Shown one piece after another: positions 13,432 to 45,918 of a stretch of 64,000 nt of DNA; positions within the stretch are counted from its first letter, which is position 1, and each line of letters begins with the position of its first letter. Under the pieces are notes generated by a model, which did no database searches, was not told the origin of the DNA, and saw only the letters and a list, made by a program, of their open reading frames with translations. A program made the position numbers and the translations under genes. The stretch covers positions 80,848,001 through 80,912,000 of the forward strand of contig NC_092352.1 in NCBI RefSeq assembly GCF_963676685.1. Reading direction: 5' to 3'. Source of the DNA: Mytilus edulis. Its lineage: Eukaryota.

Positions 13432-13443
13432 ATGGATCTCTAG
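13432..13443 (+). promoter_or_regulatory. ATF4 uORF1 (ATG GAT CTC TAG, 3 codons)
   Basis: 3-codon uORF ending 58 nt before the uORF2 ATG in the predicted exon 1. Confidence 0.75.
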
Positions 13444-13501
13444 CGAGGACGTGCCCAACCACAGGAAAGCTTAGGCTTTCAGCTACACTTTATTTTTAAT
13501 C

Positions 13502-14263
13502 ATGGCGTAAGTACAATTACATATCTTTGCTAACAGAACGGTTTCCTTGTTGATTTCATAGATTTTGTATTATTATGAACAATGTGGGTAAAATATACAT
13601 ACAGTTTAATACAGAAAAATGTAATTTTGTATTGACACACTCGTAAAATCGAAAAAATGTCTTTGACAGAAACTAAATGATGGTATTCTGAAAAAAAGGG
13701 GGAGGGTAAATGTCGAAAAGGGGCGGGGAAGTTGGCAGATCCCTCGGACATCAAATCTACATCACTTTGAGAATTCGTATGATTCATTTCCGTCTTAAAT
13801 TGCAATAATTTGTTTATTTACTTGACTTGAGAAAAAAAGTGGGGGGGGGGGGGGGGGGGGGGGGTAATAATGATATGATCAATGTAGAGTATCCACAAGT
13901 TATGGTCGGTCAGTATTGATTATTATATTTTTGTCGACCCCAGTTTTTTCAAAATTCTGATCAAATTTGTGTACATGTTAAAAAAAAATATTATTTTATA
14001 GTTGAGATTGCTGACATCAGTGACTTGGTAGAAATGAGATTTCAGAAGAAATTTATTTTTAATGTGATAATTGTTATATTTTCAGGTTACCCAACATACT
14101 TTTCTTTGTTGCCCTATCAGTGGCTTACGATTCTGCAGAAATCACAAGTTTTTCATTATCATCATTTGAAGATAAAAATGAGTTCATTATTCCAAGAGAT
14201 GGAGGAGTTTACTCTGTTCGACGGGCTTGTCCCGTCGAGCAGCGGCTTCGGGCCGGGAGTTGA
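13502..14263 (+). promoter_or_regulatory. ATF4 uORF2 (60 aa, spliced 13502-13506 + 14086-14263), overlapping the main ORF out of frame
   Basis: ATGGC|GTAAGT donor and TTTTCAG|G acceptor give MALPNILFFVALSVAYDSAEITSFSLSSFEDKNEFIIPRDGGVYSVRRACPVEQRLRAGS*, with stop at 14261-14263, downstream of main ATG 14178. Confidence 0.8.
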
Positions 14264-15830
14264 AGACCTTGACAAGTTTGATGTGGGATTTGGAATCCCT
14301 GGTGACAGTCTAGTCAAAGATGAATATGGTCCAGGAGAATTATTTGAGGATGTTTTGTCCTCTGGACCACTTGAAGGTGTGTTTAAGATTAGGATATTTG
14401 TGGAAAGTAAAATAAGAACTCTAAAAAAATCAAAACAGAAAGCATATAAAATTAAAAAAAAACATGGAATCAACAGCTGAAACACATCAAACTTATGCAC
14501 AACAAACTGATAGTTTCAATGGATTTACTTAGTTTATAAAACAAGGACTTGACATGTAAACAGACACATATTATTAAAATTATAATCCATTCAAAATACT
14601 AGTTTATATCCATAACATACATGTACATGTATTTGAAATGTAAAGTGTATAATTAAGCATAAATGGTAAATCTTTAATTTGCTTTTAAAAAAAAATATGT
14701 TGCATAAAGCCAGACGGTGCGAGATGGAACATTCATACTGACACTAGCAATCAAACTTAAATAAAAGAAAAATTGTAACCTTCCTTCTTTTCACTAGAAT
14801 ACCAAATTAACATCTAGAGACGAGAACAATTTATATAAATATATCTTTGCACACAAGTACATTTTGTAGATGTTTATGTTGTAAATTGCATAAGATAATG
14901 TACATGTATTTAAACTTTAAATCATTTATTTTGACAGAAAATAATTGGATGGAAACAGTTGATCTCAGCTGTTTACTTGGGGACAATAATTCCCTTCTAT
15001 CCGAACAAGAGACAATTCCACATACCATCAAAAGTGGTCGACTCCTGGAAGAATTACTAACACAACCTATCAAAATAAAATCATCGCCAACTGTTCCAAA
15101 GAACACGCAATATGACGCAGTGAAAGTTATTAAAAACAATTCAGTTGAAAATAAACTGATTAACAACCAAACTGAAGTCTTGAGTCAGAAATTGGACATT
15201 AGTATAAAATCTGGCAGTATTCTTGAAGAAGCAATGGGTGAAATTGAAGGAATAGACACTTTGTATTTACAACAGCAATTACAAGAGTTGTATGACTCAA
15301 GTATTTCACACTGTGACAGCTCTATAAGTGACGGTGCTACCTCAAATGAAGTTTCTTTATTGGATAGCAGCAATTCTAGTTTAATGGACGTGTCTATGAA
15401 CGAATTCATTGCTTCTCCGTTGTCATCCGAAGATATTGACAGTATTTTATCTAGTCCGGAACCTGCTTCACCTGCAAGTAGTATTCAAGAAGATCCGGAT
15501 TATGTCCCTTACATATCTGACAGTAGTACAAACAAAAAATCTAGAAAGAGTCCGAAAGAGGGCAAAAGTAAACCTAAGCCCTATGACAAACCTGTTGAAA
15601 AACTAGACAAAAAAGAACGAAAAAGAATTCAAAACAGGAATGCTGCCATACGATATCGTGAGAAAAAGCGTCAAGAGCGTGGAACAATTCACACTGATGA
15701 AGATGTACTCAGTGATAAAAATAAAGAACTGAAAACTAAAGTGGAACAGTTGGTCAATGAAATCAGTTATATGAAAAATTTACTTACCGAAGTTTGTCAA
15801 GCAAGGGGGTTAAAAATTCAATTTAAATAA
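14178..15830 (+). CDS. ATF4: Activating transcription factor 4 (bZIP), exons 14178-14376 and 14938-15830, 363 aa
   Basis: C-terminal KPKPYD...KLDKKERKRIQNRNAAIRYREKKRQE plus leucine zipper; WME.VDL motif; phase-1 GT-AG intron keeps frame; uORF leader typical of ATF4. Confidence 0.92.
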
Positions 15831-16139
15831 AAAATTAAGGGAGGAATGTAATTTATTTTCATTTGTAAATACTCATTGACAGGAATGTCACCAGGTTGTA
15901 CATTTTGTTTCATGATCATGATTAAAATTATTTCTGCTGTGATTATGCTTTTCTTGGTATTTTGTCCCACGAGTGAATAAAACATGTCCTTAAAGATGAA
16001 TTGATGTATGATGACCAGTTATATAATAAGTACATTTGTAATGGATAGAGGCAGCAATGTTATCCCAACAATACAATTTAAATCAAAAGATACCTTGGGA
16101 GGTCAACACAATGTCTTGTACAGTATGTCTATAGATATA

Positions 16140-16440
16140 GAAAGATGTGGTATGAATGCCAATGAGACAACTCTCCATCCAAGTTGCAATTTGTAAAAGT
16201 AATCTATTATAGCAAATTACGGTCTTCAACACGGAGCCTTGGCTCACACTGAACAGCCAGCTATAAAGGGTCCCAAAAATGACTAGTATAAAACAAATCA
16301 AAACAGTCTAATCTAGATAAAAAAAAACGACAAATGAGAAACGCCTGTATGAACCACATCAACAAACTAATTAACATCAGATTCCTGACTTAGGACAGGT
16401 GCAAACAAACTCAGCAGGTTTAAATGTTTTAATAGGTATC
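16140..16440 (+). repeat. High-copy short interspersed repeat (AGATGTGGTATGATTGCCAATGAGACAACT family)
   Basis: Related copies at ~100-350(-), 25035-25080(-), 28845-29180(+), 42668-42740(+), 42840-43145(-), 49310-49495(-), 52520-52940(-), 62410-62590(+), 62845-62966(+). Confidence 0.85.
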
Positions 16441-18907
16441 CACCTTTACTATGATAGTATGTCATTGTGATCAGAAAATTATCAAAGCTGACCTTATATT
16501 AAAAATAGAGACGTACACTAGTCAATTTAAGAATCAAAGAAGCAAAGCTACATGCACATTTAAAAATGCAATTAAAACAAAAATTATTTGTGGATAACCA
16601 TTTGGAGGCAATGTGTTAATAAAGACCACCAGTCACAGAGCAGGATGAATGATACTGAGTAGGGAAAAAAACGGAATATGCACACAAACTTATTTTGTCT
16701 TCATCAATGGTAAATAAATGAAACAACTATCATCTGTTGAAGCATGGGAAGATAACACAACAAAAATACTTGTGAACAGGTTTCTGGTTGATTCATTGAA
16801 GAAATCCTGCAATCACTCAAATACTGACCACTGAACATAGTAAATAATCAAAAAACTTAGTTTTCATTGAGCTGATAGATTTTAGATGGAATTTTTGTTT
16901 AAAATTTTCCAAGCACATTCATACAGACGAGTACTTATTCAGGCTCAAGATACATGTATGAAGGGGACATTAAAGCTCGCAAGTTGAAGATAAACTGGCA
17001 AGGTCATGGCTAAAAAAAGACCAAAATTAAAACTCATAATAGTAAAGACTGAGCAACACAAACCCATCACTGTAGTTAGCAATTTGGTCAGAATTTTGAA
17101 AAATTACAAGTGCTACACTTACAATCAACATAATTTAAATGAAAAACCAACACCCAATTATTACAAACAAAAAACCAGAAAAGACTGACAGCAATCTTTT
17201 CTGTGATTTTTTAGATATGGCTATTCCTAATGAAAATTCAAACACTGTTTTTTTTCATTATATTTGCCTATATATGGTCTTTGTGTCTAGAGAGAAAATA
17301 ATTTGATCATCTTGTTTTCTTGAAATTCAAAAATGGCAATTGCAAGTAGAAAAAAATCAGAAGAGACCTTATATATACGGCAGCCATGTTCAAAAGATAT
17401 AACATAATCAGGCCACAATTAAAAATATTTTGGTTTGCCCAAACCCTACCCAAAGGTTGAGACAGTGGGTAGGTAGGTAGGCATTTTCTTTTCTTGTTTT
17501 CAATTGAAGTATCAAGTGTTTATAAGTCTTCATGCCTATCTGATTAAAAAAAACTTCTTCAAATCAGGACAATAAAAGACCTGCTGACTGACCTACAAGA
17601 CCTAAGGGGGCCCCTGCTCCAGTCATGCTTCAGTGATTCCCTTTATAACCAATCAAATTTTCCCCACCCAGATCCCCTGCATCTGCCTATTCTGTTATAT
17701 ACTAATATGTGTAATTTGCAATAAAATTCCTCCCCAAAATACATTTTTTATACGACCCCAAATTTTTTTGGCGTCATATAATGCTATCATGTTGCCATCT
17801 GAAGACATTTAGTTTCCGGACAAAATTTTTAGTTTAAGTGAATGGATTGCTATACATTTTTACCAGAAGGTTTAATACCACTAAAGGAAGGTTGCGATTG
17901 ATTTTGGGAGTATGGTCCCAATACGTTAGGAATAAGGGGCCCAACATAAGCATTTTTGTAGTTTTCAAACAATAACTTTAAGTTTAAGTGTATGAATCTC
18001 TTTGAAATTATACCATAAGTTTCCATACCATAAAGGTATGGTAAGTATTGTTTGGGGTGGTGGGGTGGGATTATGGCTAATTGGGGGCAAAAAAGGGGAA
18101 AAACTAGGTTTTTCTGGTAAATGGTCAATTAAGACAATTGAAAAGCAGTGTAAGGGTCAATAAGGGAGGTAACTCAAAAACATTTAACATACAATGTTGG
18201 GTATGTTTTGCATTTGCCTCCTTTACACTACTTGTGAATTATGTATAACTCAAATTTTTGAAAAGTTTGAAGAAATCTTTCATATGGATGGCAGTTAGCA
18301 GGTATAGAGAAGAGGGCATCACAGGTTATTACCCACTTCAGAATCAGTAGTATCAAAATGGTTAAAGTCATTTTAGATGATCCATGTTTTCCATGCTAGT
18401 CCTAATGAGTACATTTTAAAGTCAAAGGGAAATAACTCAAAAATTTTATATGTAAAAGTAGACCATTTTTTGGGTACTTAATTACATCAGTTTCATCTGC
18501 TTTCAGGAGTTTCTGTTCCTAGCAGTGTACATATTTCATCTACAAAGAAAACTAGCCTGTCAATGCTGAGGTTGTGAGTTATAAACCCTCTCATGGCAGA
18601 TGTGTTCGACTCTTTATCTTAATTGACTAGGTATACCAGTTTTTCTCACAAAGGTCCGTGTTTTATCCAGGGTACTCCAGTTTTCTCCTACAACAAAAAC
18701 TGGCATCTGTGTCTAGACTGTGATAGACAACCAAGTATGTTGAAAAGGACATTAAACACAAAAATTTTTGCAAAGGTTTTAATGTGCATATGTTCTTTAC
18801 ATTCATCTTGTGTAAAATGTTCTCTCTAACAAAGTAGTATAGCACTAGAATTAGTTAAATGTTCTGGAATGAATTACTTCCGTCTTTAAGGCACTTCCTT
18901 GATGTTC

Positions 18908-38614
<19,707 letters not shown>

Positions 38615-38989
38615 GCTTTTTTCAATTCGTTTGTCTGACTGTGAGGTTTGCACACTGTAAGCAACCGGCAAAATGTTATCTGTTCTTTGCACACGACACC
38701 CACTTTCCGTACTACATCTAGATTTTTCTTCAAATGGTAGGAAAATTCATTATGTATTCGGAACATTTTTTTGGCACTGGCTATCGCCACATATCATGTT
38801 ATAAGAATAGTGTTGTTTAAAATGTAAACTTGTTTTATCTTATTCTTTTAAGTATGGTATCTACCCAAACTTCGCGTTTTCGCGTTTTGTCTTATTACAA
38901 CATAGATGGTCCCTTTTTTTTTTTTAAGTTTAATGAAAGATATGTATAAAGAGGTTTTGTACTTGATAAAGATTTCGGAAGGTATTCAC

Positions 38990-40557
38990 TGATTTTTGTA
39001 ATGCTTCAGTTGGGATAAAACAAGGTTGTATTTTAAGCTCTACATTATTTTCTTTATATATTAATGATTTGCCATCTATTTTTGACTCCACATGTGAACC
39101 ACCCAAGTTAAATGATAATGATATATCATGTCTGTTATACGCTGATGATTTAGTCCTTATTTCTGAATCTGCTAATTTATGGCTTACAAAAATGCCTTGA
39201 CAAGCTTAGTTTATATTGTACCAGTTAGTGGGATTTAACAGTAAATCTTGACAAAACCAAAATTATGATTTTTAACAAATCAGGTTAAAAACTTACAAAA
39301 GACAAGTTTGTTTTTAGTGATAATATTTTGGAACACTGTACAGAATATAACTATTTGGGTATACTGTTTAAACCATCTGGTAGTTTTACAGCAGCAGTGA
39401 GACTTCTTTGTAAAAAAAACCTCAAAAGCTACATTTTGTACAGAAAACTGTTATTTTCTGAAGATATTAATGTATTACCTCACATAAAACTTTTGGATGC
39501 TTGTGTTAAACCTATACTTTTTATTGTAGTGAAGTTTGTTCTCTTAATATGATAAAAGATATTACAAATCTAGAGTCAAATGATGGTCATTGGCTACCAT
39601 CAAAGGTCAGATTAAATTTGCAAAAACTTTAATTGGAATAAATACTTCATCTGTCAATTTAGCAGTACTAGCTGAAGCTTTAAAACTGTCAATTGGCTTC
39701 TGCGCGGTTGCATGTAATAAAATCTGATAACAATTGTTTACTTAAAGATGTATATTGTTCAAACCTGCAATTAACCAATGGATTTGCTAAAAAGATTGAA
39801 CAGTTACATGCTACATTACATTTTTCACATGTCAAGTTGGGAAAATCATGATACTATTTCAAAAAGGCGTTTATTTTATGCATTTCTTACCAAATTTAAT
39901 GATAGATATCTTAATTATTGGAAAGACAATATATTTTGTGATAATAAATCAGTACACGGTAATGAGCTGAGAACATATAGACAGGTTAAAGAAAATTATA
40001 AATTGGAAACCTATTTATTGTTAAATACAGACAGAAAAGTAATAGGGCATTTTGCTAAAATTCGCATCAGTAATAGTGTTCTTAGAATTGAAAAGGGCGT
40101 CACACTAAAACCCCTTTAGAAGAAGTAATTTGTCCTTTGTATCTCTCAGAAGTTGAAGATGAATTTCATTTCACTTTAAAACGTACAAAACTAAATATAA
40201 TTAGAGACCAATTGTTTTCCAAAATTAGTGAAATAGTTCCATCTTTTGTAAATATGACAAATGAAGCAAGGTTTAAATTTTTGTATACGTGTGGTGAGAC
40301 TGATAAAATTAGAAATATTGTTAAATTTATAAGCGACATGTACATTTCTAGAAATGCTTTATTTAGTACTTAATAAATTTGTGGTACTACCTCCTCCTAT
40401 ATATATATGTATACATATATACAAAGTTTATGAATTTGGTATGCTATATATGTTTGTATGTTTGTGTATAACCAATCATGTGTATTGTCTTGGTATCAAT
40501 CCTGTAATTTTGGATTCCAAACCAATAAAAATTACTTACTTACTTACTTACTTACTT
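38990..40557 (+). mobile_element. Degenerate LINE (RTE-X-like) RT and 3' end with (TACT)n tail
   Basis: KQGC, LYINDLP, CLLYADDLVLISES, LTVNLDKTKIMIFNKSG, YLGILF, LRIEKG, EVEDEFHF; multiple stops and frameshifts; AATAAA then TACTTACTTACT. Confidence 0.85.
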
Positions 40558-40741
40558 TGATCTCATATCATTCTATAATCTTTGTCAACAAAATCAGAGA
40601 CATTATATGATACATTGTAAATCAATAGTTTGTAGAGTATCCTTGTCAAAAATAGTCAACTTTCTTCATTTTTTAAAATTGAAATCCTCACTTTTTGGTC
40701 ATTATAAGAAATTTTACTGTTTACAAAAGTATGATTGAGGA

Positions 40742-40950
40742 TCCAAGGCATACTCATATTTGGCACAACCTTGGAATAGTATATGTATATATATATACAT
40801 GTTCCTGGCACAACCAACTTTTGGGAATTGTTGGGTCCTCAATGCTCTTCAACTTTATACTTGTTTGGCTTTTTTTTTTTTTTATCTTAGCGTCACTGCA
40901 TTATGATAAGTCTTATGTAGACGAAACGCGCAGGGCGAAACGCGCGTCTG
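40742..40950 (+). mobile_element. Retrozyme-like repeat copy with disrupted hammerhead core
   Basis: Homologous to 52637-52816; core reads CTGCATTATGATAAGTC...GACGAAACGCGCAGGGCGAAACGCGCGTC. Confidence 0.75.
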
Positions 40951-42309
40951 AAAATGCAATTAAATTAATTAAAACAGATTAATACACTTCTTGCAGTTGT
41001 GGAATCTATATTTCAGTCGCCTATCAGGCGGGTCGTAATGAGGGACCTTCATGGCGAATTTATAACGGTAAAAATTATTGCCAATTGACGTTAACGGTAT
41101 TTTTTGGTGCAGACGATACAATGTACACTTTCTTTTAGACGATAAAAAATAGGCTGATTGACGATTTTATTTCTTACATGATTCTATTTAGTTTTTAATT
41201 TAGACATATTTTGGTCGCGTCTTCTGATTGACTGACGTTGTTTTGTTTATCAGCTCATAGACAAAATTTTGCGATGTGACCGTGACGTCATCAACGTAAA
41301 TGGAATTTACAATTAAATTACTAAGAAATGACTATAATTTTTTTTCTATCTATTCGAAATAACAAAAAATGTGGTGCACACTTTAAATTAACCCACAATG
41401 CGGGTTATTCAGTGTGCACCACATTTTTATGTTATTTCTTCCTCTAGACAGAAAAGAGTGTTCCGATTACTAAATAATGTGTTATTCTTAAAAGAAGTTG
41501 GAATATATTATAAAATATAATTTTTTTTACTATTACCTAAAATGATTTAATTTTCATCACGTTATCTTACTGTTGATATTTATTTGAAAATAATAAATTT
41601 GCTTTAGTCTAGAATTTTAGTTAATTGAAGGACCTTTTGTCTGATTAAAAAAAATATTGGAATTAGCTCTCGCCGCGATATGGCCTTTTTGTGCTAATGC
41701 AGGGTAAAGCAAACAATAATCAATCAATCAATCATAGACAGAAAAAATATTACAGTCATTCCTTAAATAGAAAATCTAAGAAAGTTTGTAAGAAATCATG
41801 TCAGTAGTACGTATTAACTGACTACTGAGATGATGATTCCATCAGACGAAGAGTCAACTAGCAATGTTACCGACTCAGTGCTAGTAAATGAAATTAATAC
41901 TATCAATTTCGAGCATTCGAAGCGCTTTTCTGGATCAATCATCACCAGGAGGATGATAAAACTCCTACTAAGTCATGATATATATTTTTGCAAGCCTTCA
42001 TCTTTTTTTTTCTGCATCAGCTCGACTAGCTCATACTATGGAAGTATTACCGTTAAGTGCAGATTCTGACAAAGTATAGCATTTTTGTTAGACAGAAAGT
42101 ATAAACTTTGAAAACGATCGTCAGTAAAAAAGGTAAAACAGGAATATTGGTACTCATACCGATTATTCAAAAGTTTACCCACAAATTGTAACGAAACCGA
42201 CACTTTATATAAATAAAAACAACAACTGCCTATTGATTTAATCGTTCAAATTCTATGTACAAAACTAATTCAAATTTCAAAAATACAAGATTAACAAAAA
42301 CAATTCAAA

Positions 42310-42529
42310 GGGGCACTAGCTGTCAAATTCATGTTCACCGATTTCACTCAAATTCTCATATTTCATTTAAGACAATGTAAAACAGTTATCCATATTATAA
42401 AACGTCTAAAATAAACAATTTACAGGTCATAGGCTCGAGCATATGTAACTTCATTTCGTATGTATATGAGTCTTGACGCAATGCATCTAATTGACTATCG
42501 AGTTTTATATCTCTCGTAGCTAGTGCCCC
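42310..42529. mobile_element. MITE with GGGGCACTAGCT TIRs
   Basis: AAAGGGGCACTAGCT...AGCTAGTGCCCCTTT. Confidence 0.75.
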
Positions 42530-43452
42530 TTTAAATACAGAGAAAAAATGGTGCTACGATATTTCAGTAGTATGAGTTCAAATCCCGGCCAAGAAAGAAA
42601 AAAAAATTGCTTCCGAAAGTTTACAGATCTAACATTATTGGGCTGATATTTAGACGAATATATAAAAAAGATGTGGTATGATTGCCAATGAGAAAACTGT
42701 CCACAAGAGACCAACATGACACAGCTAGACATTAACAACTGTGAAGTATATATAAACGGAGTGAGTTAAGCATCCTAATTGATATTTCAGAGTGTGTCTT
42801 TCTATGTTGTGATGTTATACTGTTTCAGAAAAGGGAGAAGGTTTCGTACCATTAAAACGTTTAATCCCGCTGCAAATGTTTGCACCTGTCCTAAGTCAGA
42901 AATATGATGTACAGTAGTTGTAGTCTGTTTATGTAGTTCATACTTGTTTCTCGTTTTTATATAGATTAGACCGTCGGTTTTCCCGTTTGAATGGGTTTTG
43001 TTGGGGGGGGGGGGGGCTTTGTAGATTTCTGTTCGGTGTGAGCCAGGGATCCGTGATTACCTTTACCTATAATTGTTTACTTTGATAAATTGTTACTTGG
43101 ACGGAGAGATGTCTCATTGACACTCATGCCACATCTTTCTATATCTATAAAAACAATTCATTATATGCTCAGCTTAATAGGGAAGAAAAAGACACTAGTT
43201 GGTAAACAAATAGAGTTATTCCTCTTTGTACTGGCTTTCTACTTTTATGTATATATATATATAAGTTTTTAATCATATTTCTATCAGTCATTTTTAATCA
43301 TTAACAATCAGTAGTATGTTAAATTACATTTGTAGTTCTAGTGAATATTTTATTAACTTTGTGCTTTGTATTGATTTATATATGCTATGTATAGGCCCTT
43401 TAAGAAATACATTTAATTTAGTCTGATTTTACTTAAACCTCAACCGTATTTA

Positions 43453-45339
43453 TCACTGGTACGCAAACACTTGTATCGATTTGGAAGATCCAACAAGCCA
43501 CAAATTTCCACATTCATCTACTATCATGTTGGTAGTATTACAAACATCGTCATTTTGACTCAACAAATTTTGTTGAAAATTGCCGTTATCGAATAACATA
43601 TAGACAATTCCATTTTTGCTGTCAGCTAGAAAAACATTTCCATGATTATCCGAAGCGATAGCTTTAAACTCTGCTTTATTTTTCGTAAAAGTTTTAAGAA
43701 CCTTAAAATGTTTATCAGTAAAATGAACGAAATCTCTGCAGAAAGAAATTACAAAATTCGAATTGTTTGTTTGTTTAATAGTTACATTTCTAGTAGACCA
43801 TATATTATACTTGTTTTTGATAGAATCTGCAACTTCAACATTATTGAAGACACCGTCTTTCTCTGATAACTCATAAAGTCTGTCATCTTTTTCGTTTAAA
43901 ACAAGCAAATTGCCATTGCTAACTACACAACAAAACTCGCAATTTTTAAATGGAACTTCGTAGCGTTTTTTATGTTTTGATTCTTTTATATCAAAAATCG
44001 AACCTTCAGACCAAATCCATATATCATTGGCAGATTTCCTAATAGTACGTTTTGGGAATCTTGAATAAGGAAGTGTATAATTATTTGTCTTGAATATTCC
44101 TTTGCAACTATAATTACAAATAGTGTCATCGGTTAATATCCAGGCATTGTCATTTTCAGCTGGAACAATGTCTTGTATATTGTTCTCAAGCTTGAATTCG
44201 AATATTTTTTTTGATGTAATCAACGATTTACATGCAAGACCTAGATCAGGCATAGACAATTGTGGGTAATTTGGCGTTGTTTCGTTATTCTTTGCTCTAG
44301 CAGTAACCTTTCCAAATATTTCTTCTATAACATCTTCAGTGACATCATTCCATTCAAAATTCAAATCGTGAGTGGGAGGGAAAACATTTGCAGATGTATC
44401 CAAGACGTTATCAAGATGTTTTCCGATGACCGGAAACTCGTTAAGGAAGTTTGCATCTGACGAATTATTAACGAAATCCTCTGTTATCATGACAAGTCCC
44501 AATAAGGACATTTTTCCTGTTTCGATTTCGCTTCTGAAAATTTTAAGTTCTTTTATATCTTCCGTCTTTATATTGTCAATAGTATCTAAGTTTTTATTTT
44601 TAATTTCTTCGACAGTACTACAAAACCGATCTTTCAAACTCGCAGCACGTTCGTTTACATCCTGTTTTAATACGAGACAGTGTTTATCATAGTTAATTTC
44701 TTTTAATCTTACAATTTCAGCAGTATTGTGTAGAAATGAAATTCTAGATTTGAAGCTAGCGATTCTGACTAACAACTTTTCCTTTTTAGTTTGAAGCAAA
44801 GAAGATAATTTTTTAAATTGATGACGCCGATGGTAATCTTCTGAACATTCGATGCACAATAAACAATTACATGGTTTACAGAAGAAGGAAAATTCCTTGC
44901 CATGGTCTTTGCATTTGTTCTTATTATTAGCTCCAGACTGATCAACCTCCTCTGATTTAAGCTTTTTCAGGGGTTCAACTGTATGATTCTTGGATGCTTT
45001 CAATTTTCCATGGTAATTTCGACAATTACTGCATAACTTGATTTTACATTCCAAACATGTTGCCATTGCAACATTTTGTTCATCACATAACTCGCATGAA
45101 TCCATAACTGCATTTGGTTCCGTCAAATATTCCAATTTGAACGGATAAGGTTTAAGACCACTAACTCCATTATCCGGTAAAGATATATTTGTTTTACATA
45201 ACGGACAAACTATTTTACTATCTCTCACATCAAGTTTCTGAAGGCACGGTGAGCAGAAAGTATGATAACAGTCTAAAAGTTTAGGTTCTATAAAACAAGA
45301 CTTACATATTCCACACTTGGAATTACAGCCTTCCGCCAT
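43453..45339 (-). CDS. Tripartite motif (TRIM) E3 ligase-like protein: RING, 2 B-boxes, coiled coil, NHL-like beta-propeller; 628 aa, intronless CDS
   Basis: C3HC4 RING CGIC..CYHTFCSPC..CPLC; B-box1 CELC..CLEC..CSNC..H..H; B-box2 CKDH..CKPC..CIEC..HRRH; IASDNHGNVFLAD and IVDECGNLW repeats. Confidence 0.9.
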   Translation of the reverse strand: MAEGCNSKCGICKSCFIEPKLLDCYHTFCSPCLQKLDVRDSKIVCPLCKTNISLPDNGVSGLKPYPFKLEYLTEPNAVMDSCELCDEQNVAMATCLECKIKLCSNCRNYHGKLKASKNHTVEPLKKLKSEEVDQSGANNKNKCKDHGKEFSFFCKPCNCLLCIECSEDYHRRHQFKKLSSLLQTKKEKLLVRIASFKSRISFLHNTAEIVRLKEINYDKHCLVLKQDVNERAASLKDRFCSTVEEIKNKNLDTIDNIKTEDIKELKIFRSEIETGKMSLLGLVMITEDFVNNSSDANFLNEFPVIGKHLDNVLDTSANVFPPTHDLNFEWNDVTEDVIEEIFGKVTARAKNNETTPNYPQLSMPDLGLACKSLITSKKIFEFKLENNIQDIVPAENDNAWILTDDTICNYSCKGIFKTNNYTLPYSRFPKRTIRKSANDIWIWSEGSIFDIKESKHKKRYEVPFKNCEFCCVVSNGNLLVLNEKDDRLYELSEKDGVFNNVEVADSIKNKYNIWSTRNVTIKQTNNSNFVISFCRDFVHFTDKHFKVLKTFTKNKAEFKAIASDNHGNVFLADSKNGIVYMLFDNGNFQQNLLSQNDDVCNTTNMIVDECGNLWLVGSSKSIQVFAYQ

Positions 45340-45918
45340 TCTTGATATTGTGCGGTTCGTTGGACAAGGAAGTTATTAAAGCTAACGCTATGTATAGAAA
45401 TCAATGCATAGCAACAGCCACGCATATCAATTATAAATGTTGAATACGTAATATAATTATCGTTTATAATTTGTTTAGTAAAAGGATTATTTCTACTTAT
45501 AAATCTAGCACTCTTATTGTTTAAAAATTTTGTTTGTTAAAGTATCTGACACAGTGACATATCGACATTTTCCCTAACATCATATATCGTGAATTACCGT
45601 CACCAGATATGTTGGAAATAAAGATTTCCGTACGTTCGAGATAGGTAATTTGTTTTAGTGAAAATGGGTGTTTGTATTGAGAATTTTGTAATTTCGATTG
45701 CTAGATATAGTTTGCTACATGCACAGAAAATATCTGATACAAGCGGTCTAAATGATAAAAATAAAGTAATCTGTCAACTTATCTGACTATAAATATATTT
45801 ATCATATACTTAGACTAAATAACATATGATTTTTACTGTATGATAATAGCATTAAAAAAACGTAAACTCCATATTTTTCGAATTGGTGCTGAGAGGGCAG
45901 ATATGAAAAGTTTATATA

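Noticed and set aside
14025-14480. 151-aa ORF as an independent gene
   Set aside because: It is ATF4 exon 2 read through flanking intron and UTR sequence; the real start is ATG 14178 with a donor at 14376.
41825-41860. Hammerhead-like CTGA...GACGAAG
   Set aside because: No CUGANGA/GAAA core with pairing stems.
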